From: Eledone cirrhosa
Lineage: Eukaryota
Assembly: GCA_964016885.1 (NCBI GenBank)
Contig: OZ024741.1
Coordinates: 240,994,001 to 241,058,000, forward strand
Length of the DNA stretch: 64,000 nt
Reading direction: 5' to 3'
Shown: positions 54,875 through 64,000 of the stretch, piece by piece
Position numbering within the stretch: the first letter of the stretch is position 1
Layout of the letters: each line of letters begins with the position of its first letter
Made by a program: the position numbers and the translations under genes
Notes under the pieces: model-generated
Told to the model about the DNA's origin: nothing
The model's database searches: none
What the model saw: the letters and a program-made list of their open reading frames with translations, nothing else

Positions 54875-55548
54875 TATATATATATATAATATTATATATA
54901 TAATATAATATTATATATATATATATATATATAATATTATATATATAATATAATATTATATATATAATATAATATTATATATATAATATAATATAATATT
55001 ATATATATAATATAATATGATATAATATAAAATTTTATATATATATACAAGTTTAACTAGGAAATAAGTTTAATTATTTGGAAGCCTGACAATTCATGTG
55101 AGATTATAAGTGCCAAGGTAATGTTAATTAGAGAAAATAAGACAAAGAACTGAGAAAAGAATGATTTTACCTTACCAATTTTAATGATCCCAAATACATT
55201 TGGATTTACCAATCATTATAAAGGGGAGGGGGTCAGAGAGAAATCTGAAAAGAGTTGTTGATGGCTGGTTGATTTGATATATATATATATATATATATAT
55301 AGTGTAGTTGGATTTTATAATAAATATTCAATTGGTAGAGCACAAAATCTGAGGCACATTTTATAAAATATTCTTTATTACCTCAACAATACACGTGTTT
55401 CACTAAAAGAAAAACTTAAGCAATACCAACATGGATGACTGAACTGACGAAATGAGTGTGTGTATTTAGATCCTTCCAGTGAAACACGTATGTTCAGAAA
55501 ATGTACTGTTGATGTTATGGAAAGTATTATATATATATATATATATAT

Positions 55549-56270
55549 ATCATCATCATCCTCGTTTAATATCTATCTTCCATGCTAGCGTGGGTTAGAC
55601 GGGAGTTGTCCCACTTGAGGCAAGATTGGTCGGGTGACCATGTCTCGCTCATATAGGACTATCTGGTAGGTCTTCTATGGCTGGATGCCTTTCCTAACAC
55701 CAACCATATTTACAGTGTGGACTGGGAGGTTTTTACCGTGTTACCTACATGGCCACATTACAGCGTGGGCTGTGTTTTTTTGTCGTGACACATACACGAT
55801 CTCATTAGTTTGGACTGGATGTTGTGGTACCATCATAACTTTATAGAGAAAGGGTGGTTTGGCAGGTGTGGGGTTGGGGTTGGGGTGTGTTTGGTTTGGA
55901 GGGGCCTACTGGCTGTAGGTTAACTTTGCGCGTAGGAAGGCGGGTCTTCTGTAATACTGTGTGCTGCCAAAGATCTTGATCCAGTGACATTGTCTTAGAG
56001 AGGTGCAAGTGTGCAAGGTCGGACTTTGTCATGTCATCCCAGGTTTTTCTGGGTCTACCTACTCCATAACTTCCCTAAATTTTGATCACCCTGCACATTT
56101 TTATACAGCTGTCATCTTTCATACGCATCACGTGACCGTACCAACGTAATCTTCTCTCGAGTAAACATCACATTTCAATGTGCCTACGTTCATGGTACCA
56201 ACTCTGAAGTTGGGTGGGTGGAATGGATGGGTTGGAGGGGAAGGGAGTGGTGTGGGAGACGGAATTATGT
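55549..56270 (-). mobile_element. Internally deleted RTE: endonuclease N-terminus joined to ORF C-terminus and 3' UTR
   Basis: PPNFRVGTMNVGTLK (APE start) abuts LLERRLRWYGHVMRMKDDSCIK...GRPRKTW at ~56172; tail as 23600-23814. Confidence 0.75.
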
Positions 56271-56814
56271 TGGTCATCCATATCTGAAATAAAGAGGGGT
56301 CCTTGCATTCTCGTCCTGCAGTGGGAGGTGAATTTATCTTTATCTGTGACATTGTCATTGAGTGTTCAGACTTTCCAAATTCCACAGTCCACTTAGCAAA
56401 CTGAAGAACAACAACGTCTAAACCTAAGGAGTAATAACCGAGGTGGTGGCTTTGCTATACAGATTGGTAAGAGAATTTACTATAGACCGCTGAGTTATGA
56501 TTGGACCAAATAGCAGTGGTGGTGTGTGCGTGGGAGGGCGCGAAATGGGTAACTATAGGATAAGGTTAGTTTTTAGGAAGGGTCCAACAGAATGAAATAT
56601 TAATTGAAAATCCGAGAGAAAAAGAGAGATTAGATTCTAAATGGACATAAATAACAGATTAAATGACACTGGTCAAATGGACTATGAAAAATGGAAAGAC
56701 AGACATATATATATATATATATATGTATTTAAAAGTAATAACAAGAATAACAAAACAAATGGCAGAGTACATGGAAGAAATATATTAGTTTAACGGTTGA
56801 AATAGCAGGAAGAG

Positions 56815-56852
56815 AGTCTTAACGTTTTGGACGCTAGTCCTTCATCAGAAGA
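56815..56852 (-). ncRNA. Minimal hammerhead motif with G12>A
   Basis: ucuu CUGAUGA a ggac uagc gucc AAAA cg UU aaga; palindrome aacguu; mutation is at a CpG. Confidence 0.55.
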
Positions 56853-56984
56853 AAGAGTTAGAAATAGAAGATAATAGAAAGTAAAGCGTGAAGAGAGAAA
56901 GGAATGGGGAAAATGAGAAAATATTAGTGAGAAAAAAAACCACCCGTGCATATTCAGTCGGTCATCTTGGAGTATATATATATA

Positions 56985-57173
56985 TTTGTTTCTACTTTTG
57001 GCACAAGGCCAGCAATTATCCCAGTGTATTACTGGTACTTTATTTTATCCACCCCGTAAGGATGAAAGGCAAAGTTAACCTTGGCGGGATTTGAACTCAT
57101 ACCATAAAGGGCCGTAACTCTTTGCTGCAAAGCATGGCGTCCGACCCTCTACCAATACTGCCAATTCACTGCC
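56985..57173 (-). mobile_element. SINE family A
   Basis: Full copy. Confidence 0.9.
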
Positions 57174-57303
57174 ATATATATATATGTATTATATAGAAAT
57201 GGTTTCTATAATACTAGAACTCTTTCATAAACATGAGACCATTGGAGATGTCAGATAAAATTGGTCAGATTCATTATTTACACTACTATTACTGCTGCTG
57301 CTG

Positions 57304-57358
<55 letters not shown>

Positions 57359-57519
57359 TACTACTACTACTCACCTAGCATTTCGAAGTAAAGGGGAGGG
57401 GAGTATCCCTTAGCCTTGCTAGGGGCTCATTTCAGGTACTGTCAGTTGAGCCTGGAACTCTATTTTCAAAAGAACATTACATAATGCTATGTCCAGTATT
57501 GGAATAATGTTTCTATACC

Positions 57520-57606
<87 letters not shown>

Positions 57607-57801
57607 CGGTAACCGATGATGTTGATCTTTTCTTCTTTTCGGGTTATAGCTACTGTCGCTCAGAGAGTGGGATTGGCTCAGTGCACAGTCTTTCCTCACT
57701 TAAAAAAATATCTTCATGCACAGGCATTGCACGATAGAATTAATTAATAATTATTAATAATGGTATATTGTGCAATGGCCATACTCGATAACGAGGGGGC
57801 A

Positions 57802-57863
<62 letters not shown>

Positions 57864-57920
57864 GTATATATATATATATGTATATATATATGTATGTATA
57901 TATAACGGCGATGAATTAGT

Positions 57921-58218
57921 CTTGCGAGGTTTTTGATATGAAATTGTGTGTCGAAACAAATATTGTTATACTTGGGGAGAGTCATATTTGTGTAATAATA
58001 TTGCCAGACAGTGAGTGTGTTCTGTTATTAATTCTGGCAATATCATTATACAAATTTTACCCTCCCCAAGTATAAAAATATATATATATATATATGTATA
58101 TATGTATATTGTTATACTTTGGGAGGGTCATGTTGCGTGTGTTTCTTATTGGCAACATGACCCTCCCAAAGTATAACAATATCGGTTTCGACACACGATT
58201 TCAGATAAAGAATCTTGC
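57921..58218. repeat. Double hairpin: four alternating copies of ttgttatactt(g/t)gggag(a/g)gtca
   Basis: Hairpins 57961-58007/58034-58080 and 58106-58136/58152-58182; outer arms also complementary. Confidence 0.85.
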
Positions 58219-58247
58219 TAAACAAATTCAGAAACGAAATATATATG

Positions 58248-58304
<57 letters not shown>

Positions 58305-58857
58305 ATATATATATATATATATAGTTAAAAGAATAGAGGTGTAACACACAAGTTATTATATATTGGTAAACGGAATAGAAAATGCTGACAAATTGTTCAC
58401 AGTTGAAAAATGGTTTAATTAGGAATAAAAGAGTATTAGTGATTGTATGGGTTAGTATTCAGTTGTGGTTTTAAGTTTTTAAGTTTTTACCGGTTGCGCA
58501 TTTCTAAATGCTTTTCAAAAATAATTTTGAGATAGAGTGTCCGTGCTGTTTGCTCTGATCTGATTAGTTTTGGGAATTCTATCTGTTTTTATGTTAAAAA
58601 AGTGGCTCCACCGTTATTTTTGTGTTGCAAAAATGCTTGTGGTCAAAACAATTTTGATTGGTCGGTAGAGGTCATGTGAATGTAAAAAGTTGATTTTGCG
58701 CCAAGACTGTTTTTATGTTAAAAAAGTGGCTCCAGCAAAAATTCTTGGTCAAAAGAATTTTGATTGGTCGGTAGAGGTCATGTGGATAAAAAATTGGTTT
58801 TGCGCCAAGATTGAGAAATGACTCTTTCACAACAAATATGTGTGTGTGTGTGTGTAT

Positions 58858-59966
58858 GTTCCAAATTTGGAAACACCCTCCACTTACACATTGAAAGGAA
58901 CTGGAAGCGATATCTAGATGACTGCTTCATCCTTTGGCACGAAAACATCGAAAAACTTAAAGAATTTCACACCCTTATAAATGGGCTCAACACAAATATT
59001 AACTTCACGATGGAATACAGCCATCAACAACTCCCCTTCCTCGACATCCTCATTAAGATCTATAACAAAAAAATAGAAACAGACATATACTACAAGCCCA
59101 CAGACTCCAAGCAATATCTCCCCTTCAACTCTTGCCACCCTAGACACGTTAAAATTAATATTCCCTACAACTTAGCCAAGAGAATGTGTACTATAGTCTC
59201 CAATAAAAACATCTGCTACTTACGGCTACAAGAACTAAAGGACACACTCATAGGCAGGGACTACCCTGCATCACTAATTGACAATGGAATCCAACGTGCC
59301 CTAAAACTCAGTACCCAGGACCTTAGACACACTAAAGTAAATCAACCAAAACTAAAAGCTCTTCCATACATCTCCACACACAACCCCCTCAACAATGAGG
59401 CCTTTGACACCATCCTCCAGAACATCCCTGTATTGAAAAAGGACCATAGAATGAACCAAATTCTACGAACACACGATATCATAAAGAGCAAAAGACAATC
59501 CAAGTCAATGAAAAACATCTTAACACATGCCAAAGTACTGCCAACCACAACAACGAAACCCACAGTAAAAAAATGCGATAGACCCAACTGTGGCATTTGC
59601 ATCAACCTAATAGAGGGTTCGGAATTCTATTTCAAAGATGGACAACGTTTTATAGTAAAACACAATTTCACATGTGCATCGGAAAATCTAATATATGTAT
59701 TAACTTGTTCAGGTTGTCGAGAACAATACATAGGCCAGACCAAAAACAGCCTCCGCCAACGCATGACTGTCCATAGATCCCAAATTAAAATACGGGAATA
59801 CAGGAAAATACCACTGAGTGAACACATTGATACCTGTGCCGCCCAAAATCATCCCAACTTCAGAATCTTTCCCAAATTTAAAGATAATGCCACCCACACC
59901 CAGCGCATCAGCAAGGAATCTTACTTCATTAACAAATACGGACCCCGTCTAAACACTTCTCCCTAA
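58858..59966 (+). pseudogene. PLE reverse transcriptase C-half plus GIY-YIG endonuclease (5'-truncated, frame open)
   Basis: WKRYLDDCF, LPFLDI, YYKPTD, SCHPRH, linker C-x4-C-x2-C (CDRPNCGIC), NLIYVLTCSGCREQYIGQT, RQRMTVH, KESYFI...PRLN; listed ATG lies in the inverted repeat. Confidence 0.93.
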
Positions 59967-60355
59967 GACGAACCCACAACATACACACGTCAACATACAT
60001 ACCTACATCAGCACACATCTCTACCCACATATAAACACAATGACACACGTAAACACACATGCTCTATGGTGCAATACAAAGAAATATGTGTGCATATATA
60101 TGTATGTATATATGTATATATATATATATATATGTAGTGGATATATGTATGTGTGTATATATATATAGTGAATATCATTTCACACCTTTTATTGTTAAGA
60201 TTTTTGATGTTCTATTAAGAGAACCGATTTTACTGAAAAAATCGAATAATGTACACCATTTTACCAGGGGGAAAAAAATACTGGTCCCCCCCCCCCCCCC
60301 ACACACACATATACACAAACACATACACACGCGTACATCAACATACAAAGAGACT

Positions 60356-60390
<35 letters not shown>

Positions 60391-60547
60391 TTCTCCGTAT
60401 AAGACAAAAGCTGAAAAAAAATATCTTTTGACCTTCGAATGACTCTGCTATATACACACACACACACACACACACTTATCTTAATAGCCATTTGACACTT
60501 ATCTTAATAGCCATTGTCGCAGCATCGAACACCTTACTACTACTACT

Positions 60548-60584
<37 letters not shown>

Positions 60585-60919
60585 TACACACACACACACA
60601 CATATTTGTTGTGAAAAAGTCATTTCTCAATCTTGGCGCAAAACCAATTTTTAATCCACATGACCTCTACCGACCAATCAAAATTGTTTTGACCAAGAAT
60701 TTTTGCTGGAGCCACTTTTTTAACATAAAAACAGTCTTGGCGCAAAATCAACTTTTTACATTCACATGACCTCTACCGACCAATCAAAATTGTTTTGACC
60801 ACAAGCATTTTTGCAACACAAAAATAACGGTGGAGCCACTTTTTTAACATAAAAACAGGTAGAATTCCCAAAACTAATCAGATCAGAGCAAACAGCACGG
60901 ACACTCTATCTCAAAATTA

Positions 60920-60957
60920 TTTTTGAAAAGCATTTAGAAATGCGCAACCGGTAAAAA
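60920..60957 (+). ncRNA. Variant minimal hammerhead motif (U3-A8, C13); mirror copy 58484-58521 minus
   Basis: uuu UUGAAAA gcauu uaga aaugc GCAA ccgg UA aaa, located where a PLE pLTR hammerhead is expected. Confidence 0.5.
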
Positions 60958-61089
60958 CTTAAAAACTTAAAACCACAACTGAATACTAACCCATACAATC
61001 ACTAATACTCTTTTATTCCTAATTAAACCATTTTTCAACTGTGAACAATTTGTCAGCATTTTCTATTCCGTTTACCAATATATATATAA

Positions 61090-64000
61090 CTTTAACTTTG
61101 AATAACTTTGAAATGTTTTGGCCAGTATTGGCCCAGGCCATGTCTAACTTAATAGCACCACCTGGCGAAGTCTTTCAATTCAGGATTTGGGCACCATGGC
61201 CCATTCGAGAAGAGAATTACTGTTTGCGGAGACATATCCGGGTGTGGGTGGTTTGTCCGGGATTACTTGGAGGAATTTGTCCAAAGACTTCTTGAATTTT
61301 GTGTGGTCAGTTTCTGTTTTGACGTGTCCTGGTGTGATGTTGAAGAGAGCAGGGCCGATTGAGGTGAAATAATTGTGCCGTATTGTTGTTATGAGTTGCG
61401 ATTTAGATTTTTGAATGGGACGGATAGCACGGGGCCCAAGCCTTGGGTGTATCTTGAAGGCGATGCCAACATCATTTGGGCAGTGATGATGGAACATTTT
61501 CCACATCATGCAGATAATATAACGCTCACGGCGACGTTGGCGTGAGTAAAGTTTCAGGTTTTCTAATCGGCCCCAGTAGTCAAGGTCTGACATGCCATCT
61601 ATCTTTTTCGTGATTGCCCTTTGAGGAGCTTCAAGTTTCATGATACTTTGTTTCGTGTGGGGAGACCACAGTGGACAACAGTATTCAAGGTGTGGTCGGG
61701 CAAAAGTAGAGAAGAGAAGGATAATGGTGTGGGAATCTCTCGACTGGAAGGTTCTGAGGATCCAGGAACACATTCTGCGGGCCATGTCAACTTTGCTGCT
61801 TATATGCGTGGTCCAGCTTATGTTGCTATCCACGGTTACTCCCAAGTCTCTGATGTTGTTAGATGCCACGAGAGTTTCCCCGGGGGGAAGGGAGTACGGG
61901 AGTTTCAGAGCATCCTCTTTTCCAAAGTGGATCAGTTCGAATTTGTCTTCGTTCAGTAACATGTTGTTCTTTTCCGCCCATTGGGTAACAGCCAGTAGGT
62001 CTGACTGAAGGCTTATCCGGTCATCCACGCCATTGATGACCTTTTGGAGCTTGGAATCATCAGCGAAAATTTTAATGTTGCTGTGTTTGATGATGTCAGT
62101 GATGCCTTGTGGGACCCCACTACTGACTTTGGCTGGGCTGGATTTGACTCCCTCAACTACAACATGTTGGGTTCTGTTTGACAGGAAGCTCTTGATCCAC
62201 TGCAGCAGCTTTCCAGTGACACCAATATTGGACAGCTTTCTCAGTAGAATGTTATGATCAACCCTGTCAAAGGCCTTGCTGAAATCAAGGTAGATAACAT
62301 CAGTGTTGGAACCCTCTCCCAAGGCTCTCAAAATGTCATCAAAGTGATGCAGTAGCTGCGTCAGGCAATCCCTTCCATTACGGAATCCATGCTGGTTGGA
62401 GTTCAGCATATTGTTACTCTCAAGGAAGTGGGTCATTCGCGATCTCACCACTCTCTCAAATACCTTAATGATATGAGAGGTGAGTGAGATTGGACGGTAA
62501 TTTACGGCAAGGGATTTGTTTCCTTTTTGAAAACTGGGACAACAGACTGGGATAGAAGGTTTTCTGGCACATATCCAGCATCCAGTGAGTTCCGCCACAG
62601 ATTGGCAAGAGGAGATGCAAGTTGGTGTTGACACGCCTTCAAGACACAAGCAGGGAACCTATCGGGACCTACTGCTGAATTATGCTTGATTTCCTTTATT
62701 GCCGCCAAGACATCAGGGGCGCCAAACGTTATGTCCGATAAGGTGTAATGGGGAGTAACATCGCCGATACAGCCCAGATCGGCCATATCAGGATTGCTGA
62801 AAACAGAGCAGTATTGTTTCTGCAGTATCTCACCCATGGTTTTAGCATTGTCTTGAAGAGTGCCATTTTCATCAATTAGAGGGCCAACAGTAGAGCCAGT
62901 GATTTTGTGTTTTTTTGCAAATGAAAAGAACACTTTGGGATTGAGTTTGATCTTCTCAATGGCCCAGGCCTCTTCAGCTCTTCTCTGATTGTTGATGAGG
63001 GACATTATGTTGTTTTGGAGGTTATGTTTTTTAATCTCTAGTGATGAAATGGCAGTCAAGTTGATGTGTTGCTGCTGACAGTATTTCAGCTTGTTGATTT
63101 TTTTGTTCGTTCTCTTAATTTTTCTGATGAGCGTTTTTCTATTTCTAGGGATTCTGCTCTTAGATTTGTTTATAGTTCTTAATGGGGTGTGTTTAGCACA
63201 TATGTTTGTAACAGTGTCCACAAATGACTGCCAGGACTTTTTGATGTTAGTGGGTGTATGAGTGTGCGTGAAGGACCAGTCGACATGTGCAAGATCATGA
63301 CTGATCGCTTCCCAGTTTGCATTGTGGAAATCCATAGCGTCAAACGGATGGACAGGAGAGATGACATTGGGTTTGTATATTGGACGGTGGAATCTCAGAT
63401 CACAGAGAACCATGTCATGATCAGAGAGTAGAGTTTTCTCCACTGCAATATTGTGGATATTGTCAGTGTGATTGCTGAAAATTAAGTCTAGGAGGTTTTT
63501 GTGGCACCTCGTTGGTTCGAGCACCAGTTGGGATAGGAAGAAATCATCCATGAAGTCAAGAAGCGATTCCACTGCTTCCCTGTCAGAGGTTGAGGCAGAA
63601 GAACCTGGTGGCAGGCTGTTTGTGGACCAGTCAACTCCGGGGAGGTTGAAGTCCCCCATCATTAAGATGTTGTCAGGGTGACACTCTTGGATGAAACACT
63701 TTATGCTGTTGAGGCATTCCTTGAAGCATGGTACAGGCGTTTGGGGTGGCCTATAGAGCCCAACTACTAATAGGTTGTTGGTTTGACTGAATACAGTGAC
63801 TGCTTCACAGTATCCATTAGTGAATATGTTCATAGCCTCTGTTGAGAAAGAATTATGGACATAAATGGCAGTTCCGCCCTTTCTTCTGCCAGCGCGATCA
63901 GCACGGATGGCTTTGAAATTTTTCACTTTCACCTCGGCTTCCAAGTGGAGGTTACTGAGATGGGTTTCAGTGAGGACGAAGAAAGGGATGTGGTTTGGAT
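61090..64000 (-). mobile_element. CR1-group LINE, ORF2 plus 3' UTR, continuing beyond window end
   Basis: APE and RT domains; short 3' UTR with ggcc...ggcc hairpin and (aaagtt)-type repeat tail. Confidence 0.92.
61180..64000 (-). pseudogene. LINE ORF2 (APE endonuclease + RT) with one frameshift and one in-frame deletion
   Basis: GGTAIYV, GLYRPP, MGDFNLP, LDLIFS, SDHDMV; NYRPISLTS, QHGFR, YLDFSKAFDRVDH, GVPQG, FADDSK, DLGV, RPHLEYC; 1-nt loss in A-run at ~62523-62527; segment missing after GVPQG at 62103/62104. Confidence 0.93.

Larger units (their letters stand above)
58357..61084 (+). mobile_element. 5'-truncated Penelope-like element (Neptune-type) with ~484-bp inverted terminal duplication
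   Basis: 58357-58840 is the reverse complement of 60601-61084 (about four substitutions seen); encloses RT + GIY-YIG ORF; junctions in (GT)n/(CA)n. Confidence 0.88.

Noticed and set aside
58818-58857. ATG start of the 382-aa ORF as a genuine or domesticated gene start
   Set aside because: First residues ([14 protein letters not shown]) come from the inverted arm and (GT)n; RT N-half is missing

Overview
AT-rich eukaryotic (animal) DNA, most likely intronic or intergenic sequence of a coleoid cephalopod (octopus-like; inferred from the SINE families and extreme (TA)n/(CA)n/(GAT)n density, not verified). No host protein-coding gene can be called with confidence; almost all listed ORFs are translations of microsatellites. 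The window is a dense transposon mosaic: about 20 copies of one tRNA-derived SINE, 3 clear copies of a second SINE that shares its 3' end with RTE LINE fragments present in the window, many RTE fragments (one with a PHD-type finger behind the RT core), Tx1-like and R4/Dong-like fragments, a large CR1-group LINE at the right edge, a full-length DD37D (maT) Tc1/mariner element, TTAA- and TA-flanked MITEs and three non-autonomous Helitrons. The most striking layer is a set of Penelope-like element (PLE) remnants from several families. They form fold-back (inverted) structures of about 30 to 780 bp inside microsatellites and carry more than ten type-I hammerhead ribozyme motifs, mostly with palindromic stem III, including one with a compensatory U3-A8 core. 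All coordinates, alignments and folds were read by eye; element boundaries may be off by a few bases.
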